Origin: Camelus dromedarius
Lineage: Eukaryota
Reading direction: 5' to 3'
DNA length: 64,000 nt
Assembly: GCF_036321535.1 (NCBI RefSeq)
Contig: NC_087440.1
Location: 32,240,001 to 32,304,000 of the forward strand
The notes under the pieces were generated by a model. It searched no databases and was not told where the DNA came from. It saw only the letters and a list, made by a program, of their open reading frames with translations. Position numbers and translations under genes: made by a program. Shown here piece after piece: positions 12,301 through 23,520 of the stretch (position 1 is the stretch's first letter; the number at the start of each line of letters is the position of its first letter).

Positions 12301-13729
12301 CGCTCGACTGAAGTCTCAGACCAGCGCACGCTGTAGGTGTGGGTGAGGCCTAGGAACTCATCAGGTCGTAACCCATCTAAACTGTGGGGCTTGACATCCC
12401 GCACTGAGACATTGGCAAATATAATTCGATCTCTGTGGAATTCTAAGTGGAAGTCCAAATGGGTCCAGAGTCCTATCTTGTGGCTGTGAGGCAGGAAGCC
12501 ACTCTCCTCCATGTAGCCCACAAAGCCCCGGATTGGCAAGTCATCCACCACAAATTCAAAGTAGTAGAGTTCTTCAATGGCCTGGCGCAGCTGTTCCACC
12601 TACAAAAACAAGTCAGGAGTCAGACAGGCCTTGAAAGGCCTCGCCAGGCCTCCCCAGCCACTGGATTTGAGAAGGGTTTCACCTCAGCACTACTGACATT
12701 TTGGGCTGGATAACTTGTGGGGGACTGTCCTGTGCACTGTCAGATGCTCCACCCCTGGCTTCTCACTAGATGTCAGTAGCACCCTCTAATAGAACAAAAA
12801 TATCCCCAGACATTGCCAAAAGTCTCTTGGGAGACAAAACTGCCCCCTGTTGAGAACCAGTGGGTTAGACCCTAGTATGCTGGGATTCTCCGAAATAAGC
12901 AAGTATGACTTGACAGGGTTAAGACCTAGAAAAAGAGAGGCAAGGTGTAAGAAGTTCTGAAGTAGACTAAGGAAAAGTGCCCTAAGATGGGAATCACTGA
13001 AGAAAAAAGCATCACTGGGAAAATTAGGTAGACTGTAAAGGAGACAGTTAAACATGAGCCAAGAGGTAGGAATGGAAAAAAATGACTATGTAGGAGTGGC
13101 AGTTGGCACCTCACTACCAACGGACAAGCTTGGAGTCAGGAGCCCTGGGCTCTACTATCAGCTGTGCAATTTACTATTCATGTCTTGGAAAAGTTACTTC
13201 TGAGCAAGTACGTTTAACAACTGAATGCAAACAATACTATCTGCCCTACCTGCCACGTGGGGTTGTAGTTAGAATCAAATCAAATCACTTCCATAAAGTT
13301 GCTTTGAAAACTATAAACGTAAGGCACTGTTACTAGTCCCTGGGAGGGAGGGCTAATTCTAGTCAACATGGAGAGGCTGACCTGTGCAGGACTGAGCTGC
13401 ATGTGGCACAGAATTCTCTTCTCCACATTCTCCCGAAAGCGGATCTCGTACAAAGACTCAGCCATCCGATCCCCATCCAGAACTTCACCCAGGCTAAGGC
13501 TTTTGTGGCGTATCTTCTCAGGGCTGCAAACTGGAAGCTGATAGTAGTGGTAAGTCTCCTGAGGGTTGTGGTAAGGTCCCACTTTGTTGACATATAGAAT
13601 GACAGGGTCGCCGGCCTTGTAGTGTGTCACACCTTCCACCCCTGGCTCACGTCCTGTGCCCAGCAGAAGCAGCAGCAGGAGTGGTAACCACCAGCAGCTC
13701 CAACTTCGAGGGTGCCCTAGAACTGTCAT
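9353..13729 (-). CDS. TM9SF1: Transmembrane 9 superfamily member 1 (about 607 aa; exon 3 end and most of exon 4 lie in N gaps)
   Basis: Coding exons 13729-13382 ([24 protein letters not shown] signal peptide), 12599 to inside gap 11950-12097, 11682 to inside gap 11474-11677, 10587-10314, 9746-9353 (ends YIYVNLKMD*). EMP70/nonaspanin motifs such as YHYYQLPVC and [10 protein letters not shown]. Exon 2 acceptor at 13747 leaves a 17-nt UTR; non-coding exon 1 donor at 14274. Confidence 0.95.
11110..11355. mobile_element. MIR SINE fragment in TM9SF1 intron 4
   Basis: MIR core-like text: ctctagagtttgactgcctaggtctgaa...aacttcctcatctgtaaaatggggataat...cctagcacatagtaagggcttaataatg. Confidence 0.7.
11474..11677. 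other. Assembly gap (204 N) covering most of TM9SF1 exon 4
   Basis: Run of N. The cag|GCATT acceptor of exon 4 is visible just before it on the minus strand. Confidence 0.98.
11950..12097. other. Assembly gap (148 N) covering the 3' end of TM9SF1 exon 3
   Basis: Run of N interrupting the ORF after ...SGGSGDD. Confidence 0.98.
12672..12862 (-). mobile_element. MER20 (hAT-Charlie) DNA transposon fossil in TM9SF1 intron 2
   Basis: Reverse complement follows the MER20 consensus: cactggttctcaacagggggcagttttgtc...ggcaatgtctggg...gctactgacatctagtg...tgcacaggacagtcc...ccagcccaaaatgtcagtagtgc. Confidence 0.8.
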
Positions 13730-13949
13730 CCTTAACGCAGCGGAACCTGTTTGGGGGAGTTCTGAGGTTATGGGAACCAGGGATCAAATGACACCCCAGG
13801 TCAGGTCCTTCGAACTGAAGCCTGATGGCTCCAATGCCTCCCCTTGGCCTTTCCGATCCTCCCTGAGGCCACCTCCCCACTGCCACACCACACCATCTCT
13901 CTGGCCCGAACAATGGGCTCCCCCTCTGCTCTAGTCCTCTCAACCTAGG

Positions 13950-15010
13950 GTTCCCCCCTCCGGCAGCCCGCCAGCCCGGGGCCTCCCCGTGCACCCCAGC
14001 TCGTTTCCATGGCAACTCCACGCGGCCTCGCACCTCCGGCACCTTCCCGCGGCAACCCCGAGGTGCTCTCCGCCCGGGAAGGGCTGGCCGAGGAGGCGCC
14101 AGCGGCCTCTGCGGCCCCGTAGCCGCCCTTGCACTCCTGCCGGGGTCTCCCTCAGAGCGGCGCGCTAGCTTGGGACCTGGAGAGGACCTGACGACCGACC
14201 TCCCGAGGGCTGGCCACGGTGGTGCCTGATCGCAGCGGCTGCGGTCACACCGCAAGACACCGCGCCCGGCTCACTTCAGTGCTCCCTGAAGAGCTTTCTA
14301 CCACTGGAGGCCTGGCCCAACTCTGAAGACGCCGCGAGGCGAGGCTCGCCCGTCGCCCCGCGGGGGGCCCTCCCGGCGATCGCTAGGGCAGCTCAGGACA
14401 CGTCAGTCTTACCACTTCCGCCTTCACCCGCCGGGCCCTCAGCTCGGCGGAAAGCTCTTCTGCAGCCTAGAGAGGGCCACTCCCCCGCGGTCTTGGCCGC
14501 TCCGACGCTCGGGTTGCCCCGAGAGGGGCTGCGTTAGAGGCCTGGCTGCGAGGACACAAACTCCCTTTTTTGGGTAAGAGTCGGCGCCGGTCCAGCCGCC
14601 CGTCCCCGGGGAGGTTCCAGTTGGACGTCTGAGAGCAGCGCCCGCTGCGCGCGCCCAGTGACTGCCCAGGACACGGGGCCCCGGGGCGGCTGCGCCCACA
14701 CCTAGAGGACGCCGCAAACGTCTGCCGGCTGAACCAATGGGACTCGCCACCGACTGCCGAGGCCGAGCCCGGAGAGGCGGTTCAAGGCCCCCAACCCGGG
14801 CGGGGGTGAGGCTTTGGGCGTAGCTGTGCTAGGACAGAGTCTGGATCTCACCTCCCTGTTGCTCTGCCAACCATCATGAATGGCCTCCCGCCAAAAACCA
14901 AATATGTAAATGAAATTATTTTCCCAAGGCTCTACTGGAGCCCTCCCTGACCGTATAACGACCGTCTGTATCCGGCGGTAGAGGCAAGCCTGGGCCAGGT
15001 CCGGTGTAGA
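13950..15010 (-). promoter_or_regulatory. CpG island, promoter and non-coding exon 1 of TM9SF1
   Basis: CpG-rich. Donor ctgaa|gtgagc at 14274, ETS CACTTCCG near 14413, RFX X-box 14003-14016, E2F-like TTTTGGCGGGAG (minus) near 14885-14896. Confidence 0.75.
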
Positions 15011-15889
15011 GGAACGCAAGGAGATGGGGTGTTCGCTCTTTTACCCCGTGAGTTGATCAGACTGACACTTTTATTGTTAAATGCAGGTAAAAAAAAATCC
15101 TGACACGCTTTGGTCTCTATGTTTTTATTCTTATTTATCTGTATGTGTTTGGGCATATCTTAATTTGTATTGCAGATTATTGTGGAAAAGTTCACCCTGA
15201 TCTGTCCCAGCTATTTTAAGGGGATCTGCTATTAGGGGAGTTCCCCTGGAGATCAGCCCTTGGCGCATTGACTTCCTTTGGCCACCTGGAAGCAACATGT
15301 AAGGAACCTGACTTAAGGTTCCCTCTTCCCTGGTAAAGAAAGTGGAAAATCACAAGTGGCTTCTGGCCTGAAATGTCCTTCATTTATTCACTTCAGCCCT
15401 CTCTGACCCAACCCTCCTCCCTGGAGGAGGGGGTGAGATTCCAGGAAGTACAGGGTTGAGTTTTTAGACAATCAATTAATTTTGTAATTAGAAAAGTAAC
15501 TTAGAAAATGGCTTTGGAGGAGACTTTTAAGTTACAACCACCTGGTCATTAAAGCCAGAAATCTGGGCCTCTTTCACAATTAACAACCCCCTCCTCCCAT
15601 AAGTTCAGTGCCACCAAGACTTCTCTGCTTTTGTCTCGATTATCCTCCAAATTGCCCTCCATGCTGCCTTGGTTCAGGCCCCATCCCCTCACCTAAATTA
15701 CCGTGGCAGCCATGTTGCTAGTCTCTGGGTCACCTCTTCCCTTGGATCCATGTTACACACTGCAGCTGCAAGGATTTTTTTTTCTTTTCTTTTTAATCTT
15801 AAAGGTGCCCTATTTCCTGCAACAGTGATTTTTTTTTTAACTTTTAGTACAAATTTTAAAAGGTCGCTTTCCATTTACAGCTATTACAA

Positions 15890-16060
15890 AATACTCACTA
15901 TATTCCTCATGTTGTACAATACATCCTTTGCCTGTCTTACACGAATAGTTTGTACCTCCCACTCTCCCAACCCTATACTGCCCCTCTCCTCTCATCCCCA
16001 CCGGTAACCACTGGTTTGTTCTCTCTCTCTGTGAGTCTCCTCCTTTTTGTTATGTTCACA
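15890..16060 (-). mobile_element. LINE-1 3'-end fragment (artiodactyl-type)
   Basis: Reverse complement resembles the L1 3' UTR at 49978-50438 (gactcacagagagagagaacaaaccagtggttaccggtgggg...). Confidence 0.6.
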
Positions 16061-16067
16061 AACTGGC

Positions 16068-16225
16068 AACAGTGGTTCTTAAATCTTGGTGTGCATCAGA
16101 TTCAGTCAGAAACTTGTTAAAAATACAGATACCTGGGTCCCACCAAATTAGGATCTTGGGGAAGGAGGTCACTGGGCATCAGTATTTTTTAACAAGCTCT
16201 AATTTTGATGCAAACCAAAATTTAA
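16068..16225. mobile_element. MER5-like hAT fossil
   Basis: cagtggttcttaaatcttgg...gcatcaga...aacttgttaaaaatacagatacctgggtcccacc...tttttaacaagct. Confidence 0.6.
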
Positions 16226-16806
16226 CCATGAGTACATACAATACCTTGCAGTTCTCAGTAATATGCTCACACTCGGATGTCTCGTGCTAGATTTTAAACG
16301 CTAGCAGCACAGGTGATCTACTGGCCTTATTGGTTACCTTCTTCCAGGACTCAGCACACTGCCTGGCACAGAGTAGGTGCTCAATAAATGTGACTGGTTG
16401 AAATGGACCAGATCCATGGAGGGAGTCTCACCGGATTACAGAGGTGCCTCCAGCAATGAATATGTTCCAAATTGCACTTCCTTCTCAAGCCTTGTGGCCA
16501 GTGGTGGATAGAAGGTGAATTATGATGTGTCAGAACATAGGACCTTGGGGAGTTCCGTAACCAAGAGGAGAAAGAAGTAACAACAGCCAGTAAAGACAGA
16601 AAGAACTGCTTCTCCCTTCTTCCCCCTCCAAGTTCCTAGTGGAGAGCTGAGCCCAGCATCCCAGACTTGTGTGACTACACAGGCGAGCTTCTGAAGACTA
16701 ACTTCACTTTGGTACCCTAGCCTTCAGCAGCTCAAGGCGTTGGCTTTCAGAGCAGACAAGAGGCTTTTAAGTAGCAGAGCTCCCTGCTCTCAGCAAGCCC
16801 AACACC

Positions 16807-18978
16807 ATGGGGAAGGGAGACACCTTGGAAGCAGCACCAACCACCTCGACCTACCGCTCTGTCATGGAGGAGTATGGTTACGAAGTAGGCAAGGTCATTG
16901 GCAATGGCTCCTATGGGACGGTGTATGAGGCTTACTACACAAAGCAGAAGGTCATGGTGGCTGTCAAGATGATCTCAAAGAAGAAGGCCTCTGATGACTA
17001 CCTTAACAAGTTCCTGCCCCGTGAGATACAGGTGGGAAAGGGGGCTAGAGGAGGGAACTGGTACCAAGCTGCTTAAGGCTTTTCAGAAAGGGGTTAAAAG
17101 AGGGTGGAGCCGGAAACCCCCAAACCATAACTGAATGACTCACTGGGCAATAAGGAAAATTACTTGATGTAAATTCAGCCTCCTTCCACCTCACCTCCAG
17201 GCCCTCAGAAAGGAAAAGAGCAAAGCATAAGATTTGTCCCTAGGCTACCAGCCCTCTGGGGTTTGATCCTGTTGCAAAGTTCTAAGAAGGTAGCAGTGAG
17301 TGAGTAGGAGAGGTCTGGGAGTGCAGTCAGGGTTCTCCCTTCCTGGCTTTGATGGGTCCCTCTCCCGGGGCCAGGTGATGAAGGTCCTGCGGCACAAGAA
17401 CCTCATCAACTTCTATCAGGCCATCGAGACCACATCCCGAGTGTACATCATTCTGGAGTTGGCTCAGGGTGGTGATGTCCTTGAGTGGATCCAACGCTAT
17501 GGGGCCTGCTCTGAGCCCCTTGCTGGCAAGTGGTTCTCCCAGATGACCCTGGCCATCGCCTACCTGCACAGCAAGGGCATCGTGCACCGGTGAGGGCGCT
17601 GCCACCTGGACACAGGCCTCTGGGCTCTCAAAGGGGTTTTATGCATATCTCCCATTTTCTGCTCTTTTTTCCTCCCTGACCTCTCTCCTCAGTATCTAGG
17701 CCTATTCATCCACTTTATTTTAATCATCTGGTCAAGAACACTTACTAAGTGCCTACTGTGTGCAGAGCCCTTTGCAAAAAGCAATGGTGAGCACCTAGTG
17801 GTCCTCAGGTACCATCCTCTCTCCTCTTTGGGTTCTGCTCACAACTCCAAGGCTTTCCTCCCTCTGCTCCTGTCCTCATAATGGCCTGTCTCTCCCTCTT
17901 TGCCTTTCATCTCTGGCCCTTCAGCTCCCGGTCTAATACTAAGCCCTCTCCTGACCCCCAGCCTTTCTGCTGCTGGTAGGGACTTAAAGTTGGAGAACCT
18001 GCTGCTGGACAAGCGGGAGAACGTGAAGATATCGGACTTTGGCTTCGCCAAGATGGTGCCTTCTAACCAGCCTGTGCGGAGTAGCCCTTCCTACCGCCAA
18101 CTGAACTGCTTTAGCCACCTCAGCCAGACCTACTGTGGCAGCTTTGCTTATGCGTGCCCGGAGATCTTGCTAGGCCTGCCCTACAACCCTTTCCTGTCTG
18201 ACACCTGGAGCATGGGCGTCATCCTCTACACTCTAGTGGTCGCCCATCTGCCCTTTGATGACACCAATCTGAAGAAGCTGCTGAAAGAGACTCAGAAGGA
18301 GGTCACTTTTCCACCCAACTACCCCATCTCCCAGGAATGCAAGGTGTGGGCTCCCCCAGGGGGGCTGAGGCCTCATGGGTGACCCACGGGGAGGAAATGC
18401 CCAACCTAGACCTCCCAGCCCAGGGGGAGGCTCTCCCCCTACCAGAGCCATCTCGCACCCTCACCCTCCCTTAGAATAGTGGGGAGGGCTTTAGGGCCAA
18501 CCCCTGGGCTCCCACCTTGGATGTGAGTGATAAGCAGGTTTCAGCCTCTATCTGTTTAGGCCAGAAGGGAAATCCTGCAAGGATTCCCCACAGGGCACTC
18601 CTCCTCCCCTTACCCCTCAAGGTGTTAGCTTTCTGAGCAGACGGGAGGCTTTTAAGGGTCAAATCAGGGCCACCCTCCCTTTCACCAGAGTGGTGTGATG
18701 GGCTATCCTGCTTCTTTCTTAGGTCCAGCTGCTCACTGCCTGTGTGGCACAATGGGGGGCCAGCTCAGCCAAGACCTCTCTCTCCCCTGCCCTAGAACCT
18801 GGTCCTCCAGACCCTACGCCAAGCCAGCAAGCGTGCCACCATCCTGGACATCATCAAGGATCCCTGGGTTCTCAAGTTCCAGCCTGAGCAACCCACCCAC
18901 GAGATCAGGCTGCTCGAGGCCATGTGTCAGCCCCCCGGCACCACTAATCATCACCAGTCCTTGGCAGTCAATACCTGA
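16807..18978 (+). CDS. TSSK4: Testis-specific serine/threonine kinase 4, 4 exons, 328 aa
   Basis: Exons 16807-17031, 17375-17589, 17980-18343, 18796-18978 (987 nt). GNGSYG loop, VAVK, HRDLKLEN, DFG, YACPE; starts [13 protein letters not shown]. Poly(A) AATAAA at 19054-19059. Confidence 0.96.
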
Positions 18979-20236
18979 AAGAGGCTGAGGGAGGAGGGGG
19001 CTGAGAGGAGAGCACAGCAGGAGGGTCTGGGGCTAAAAATCTTTTATACCAAAAATAAATCTAATTCTGTTTTAGTTTCATCAGGTGGAGTCAAAGACAT
19101 TCTTTCCTCAGAGGAAGCTTAGCAGGGAACACTGTTGAGGGTAGGAGGTGGATTTCTGCCCAGAGCCTGTAACCAGTCATCTTGATAGCCGTTAAGTCAA
19201 CAGTGTAATTCAGTGTAGCTGGCATGTGGCCTGTTCGGGAGGCGGGGAGGTGTGCTCAGATGAACACCTGCTTTGGGGAAGCTTCGTTATCCTGGCTGAG
19301 TACATGCTCATTATTTTATATCTCTGTGCACTCTAAATGTTCAAGCAGTGGGGCAGAGGCCCTGGTTGCTTTGTTTGGTCACAGCTCTGCCTGTCTGTGG
19401 TTCAAAGAGATGACACTTTGTTTTTTATGAAATGAGTATCCGGATGTATGCAATATCTCAGCTCCTTCCTCCTCCAAATACCACCTTAACCACTACTGAA
19501 ACCATCCCAGTGAATCATGGCCCCTCTCGTTACAGCTCCTACACACAGAAGTGACAGTTCAAACCAAGCCTATTAACTGTGTGTTTTGGAAAAAGGAAAG
19601 CTACTTGCCCCCTTATCCCTGTATTCTCCTTCCCTGTCCTTGAAAAGGGGCTTTGTAAAATGAAAATGGGCGGTAAATCACGGGGCTCTCTTGGCAGAGG
19701 CCCAGTTCGGGGGAAGTGATGAGGGAAGACTCAGGGACAGCTCCACACGGTTCTAGAATGAGTAGCAGATGGCAGTTTCCTGACCCTCGGCACTAGACAA
19801 CTCTAGGAGAAACCGCCTTGGAAGTTGGAGCAGTATCTGCCTGGAACAAGGGGGTTAACATGTTGGAAACTCCCATTTGTCCTCTGCTCCATCTCCCCTT
19901 CATCACTCCCATTATTATTCATTTCTTGAAATGAAGCTCCAAGGACCAGGGGACAAGTTTCAGGTGCACACAAGGCAGTATAAGCACTGGGGTTCCATCT
20001 GCCCAGTTTTATTGGGAACGAGGCATTGTAACTGCTAGCCAAGGGAGCCAGGGCTCCTCCCACACCAAGATCCCTCTTCAGAGTTGAGCCAAGGATCCTT
20101 TTCTCAGGCAGGGTCACGCCACCACCCCCAGCAGGACCTCCCAACCAGGCCACGTTCACGTTCCTCTAGCTGAGCACTTGGCACTTAAGGAAAAGCGAAC
20201 AACAAAGGCAGCATCGGGTAGACAAGCCCAGACTCA

Positions 20237-23200
20237 TCAGGATACCCACTCGGCCAACTGCTTTAGTGCTTCTTCATCTTCATCCGCTTTGGGAGCTTTG
20301 GGGACAAGGACACCCAGAGAAAGAAAGAAGTGTTAAGGCTCAGCAACTTCCAACCACTCCCTGCTCTAAGGCTCAGAGCTGGCGGAATTCTCTCTCCTGG
20401 CAAAGAACCTAAGGGTGTGGCCTTGCTGGGCTGCTGCTGATCCCCACAGCACCTTTGCGCAAATTGGAAGGGGACTCTTTCTCCCACAATTTGCAGCCCT
20501 AAACCAGGGAATACAGCTTGCTGAGTGGAGCGCAGACCTGATTTCAGTCTCCATTACCCTTCAGTCAGGTGCCCTTATGCAGTCAACAACCCTGTGCAAC
20601 TCTAGCAGCCACCCTTTCTGCCTGGATCCTCTGAGGCAGGAAGGATGAGAAATAACTTTTCCCCATATCTGTCCCAACCTCTCAAGTCCTTGAGATGACA
20701 GAACAGCCTCAGGTACCTGGCACTGCAGGCAGGTGTGTGGAGGGTACACTGGGCAGCGTGACTGGGGGTTCTTCCTCCTTGTCGCCCACATGTAACAACT
20801 CTCGGGCCAATTCCTCCTGCTCCAGTTCCTCTAGCTCCTCCAACAGTTCATCCTGGATATGGGATGACAAGACCATTCAAGAAGGAGAAAGGAAAATTCT
20901 ACTTCCAAAAATGTACTACTTTTGGAGTACCCCCCAACTTGCCCCACAATTCTCTCGGGCATTCCTTCTGGCTGGTCCCATGCCTTCTCCAGTACTCCCT
21001 GATCCCCTCACTCCCAGTCACCTCATCCACATCATCTCCAAAGCCCACGGGCCGAGAAATGGCATCTGAGATCTGCTGGGCCACCTCCTGTTGTTCTGTG
21101 ATGTCAGCCATCAGTTCATCCACCTTGTCAATGTCCCTGAGAACAGGATACATAGCCCAGAAATCAGGTAACAACGCCCCTGACCTTTTCATCTCACATG
21201 AATGAAGCCTCTCCTGCCTGTGGCTTCAGACTGATAAATCCATGGCTACCAGGTAAGAGATCTCTGGAAAGATATAAAGAGGCAAGTCTGGGCTAAAAGA
21301 TGACAAGAGGACAGGCTGCTCTCTCTTCACTGAAGGATCTTTCAAAATGAGGAAAATCATCTTTCCTCCCTAGAATGCCCCAGCCAGCAAAGAGATCGTC
21401 TTGCAACAAGCAAGGAGGCTGACAGAGGTCTAGGCATCACAGGCATCTCTACTGTAAATTCACATTAGAAGAGGTTTTAGTACCACAAGCTACTCTCCCC
21501 AGTGCCTGGGCCCCCTCCTCCCATCCCCCCGTACCCACATGTCCTGGTAGGCCTTCTTCATGCCTCGGGCAGCAAGCTCCATGGTACGAAGCACTTCTGC
21601 ATTGGTGGTAGCATTCTCAATGGCCTCACGCTGAAACTCCAGGGTGGATAATGTCCCGTCGGTTTGTGCCAGCTGCTGTTCCAACCTTTTCTTTCTCCGC
21701 AAAGCCTGTAGGGCAGCTGACCCAGTCCACACCCTGAACATCAGAGCTGGAAGCCCCTGCTTCCCACCTGGGCCCTCCCAATTGGTGCCTCTTCCCCATT
21801 ACCTCTCTTATTCTTGGTCCCATGCTTCTTGGCGGTTTGTAGCTCCTGCTGAATCTTCTGCTCCAGAAACTCCTGTTTCTTGATCAGTATCTTCTCCGTC
21901 TCCTTCAGTTTCTGTATTGCTTCTTCAGGGGTTGGCCCCTTCTCCTTTTTCCCTGGAGTCCAGTGGAGCAGCCCACATTGTATGAAGGAAAAATATTAGC
22001 CAGCAATCACTGAGCGCATAGTACATGCTATGCACTTGACTGTTATTATTAACCCGCAAATGACTTTCGACAATGAATATACCATCTCCACTTTACAAAT
22101 GTGAAAACAGGCACAAAGATGTTAACATTTTTGTCTAAAACCACAACCAGTAAGAGATTGCACAGGAAATGAAGAGTGGCAGTATGACTTCCAAAGCCAG
22201 TATTCTTTTGCTATTTCAGCCTACCTTTCAAGTCATTCCCCATCTTTTTTTTTTTATTCTTTTTTTTTTTTTTGGTTCACAGCAAACTGAGTAGAAGATA
22301 CAAAGACTTCACATATACTGCCTGCACCCACACATACATAACCTCTTCACGATCATGTCCCTCACCAGAGTTCAGTCACTTTTATAATCACCGTTCCACT
22401 TGCTATCCTAAGAGATATTCAAGGTCTTGATTCCACAGGCTCAAACTGAACAAAGTACAGGGGGCTAGAGAAAAAAAAATATGATCTCAATTTTTCCATT
22501 CATCTTCTGCACTTCTAACAGACTTATTTAAAACAAAAAATCTGATCAAGGTCCTTCAGACCTGGCCCTGTTTACCTCTCCATCCACACTTCTAGTTCCC
22601 TCTTCTTTTGGTACATGCACACGCACATGCACACACACACCTGTACACAGGCACACACACACACTCACTCGCAAGGCAGCCAGAACTTCTCATTTCCCTA
22701 AATACACCACACTTTTTCCTGCCTCTGTTTTGCACAGATACCTCTGCACGGAGCACCTCAATACCCAACCTGGCATACTTCTAGCTTTTTGGATCATCAC
22801 CTGCCACGCCTGCATGTTCAGTGCGCCCCTGGTTTTTAGGAGACTCTCCATCATGGAGTTGCTACACTACACTGCAAATGCCAACTTTGCTTGTCTTCCC
22901 CCACCACGTAGGCAGATTGCCAGAAGATTGCCAGCTGGGATTGCCTGTGGTCCAGGATAAAGTAAGCACCAGTATTCTGGACAGGGCTGGATGCCAGAAA
23001 CTCGCCCCCCAAGTCTAAACAGTGGGAGCCAGCACAGTCGCCACGCCCTCCACTCTCCTCCCCTCCGGGGCCTCGAACTCTTCCCTCGAGGGTGGGGGAA
23101 AGAAGGCAGACGGAGCCTGACAAGGCGGCGCCTCCTGGCCCGGGACAAGGCCTCACTGGGCCTTCGGGGTTTGCGGGACAGCATCTCCCAGGTCTCTCCC

Positions 23201-23280
23201 CGCCCCCTGCGGCCAGCACCTCCCGGTGACCAGTCTCGCCCGGGCTCACCCCTCCCGAAGAGTCGGCCGAGACCACTCAT
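20237..23280 (-). CDS. CHMP4A: Charged multivesicular body protein 4a (Snf7/ESCRT-III), 6 exons, 222 aa
   Basis: Exons 23280-23250, 21952-21803, 21716-21539, 21136-21022, 20852-20717, 20295-20237 (669 nt). MSGLGRLFGRGKKEKGPTPEEAIQKL...EALKQLAEWVS*. Poly(A) signal TTTATT at 20008-20013. Confidence 0.96.
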
Positions 23281-23520
23281 CGCGACCCTCGCCTCTCCCG
23301 CCTCCGCCCCACGGCCGCCCGCGCGCTTCCGCCTCGCTCCCGGGAGGGCGGGGCTCACGACTTCGAGACCCGCCTCGGCCAATCCCTCCTTGGGCACCGC
23401 GGCGACATCATCAACCAGCGCTAGCGAGGCCACTGCTATCACGTGTGAGACACCAGCCTCAAAGCCACGTGCTCCTCTTAAAGCGGCAGCTGGGTTTCCC
23501 ACGACATAAAGGGCCGCCCA
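23000..23520 (-). promoter_or_regulatory. CpG-island promoter of CHMP4A
   Basis: GC box gggcggggc near 23346, CCAAT near 23379, two CACGTG E-boxes (23440-23445, 23465-23470). Confidence 0.7.

Noticed and set aside
13647-14255. 202-aa ORF over TM9SF1 intron 1
   Set aside because: Arg/Gly/Pro-rich CpG-island frame with no recognisable domain, out of frame with TM9SF1.
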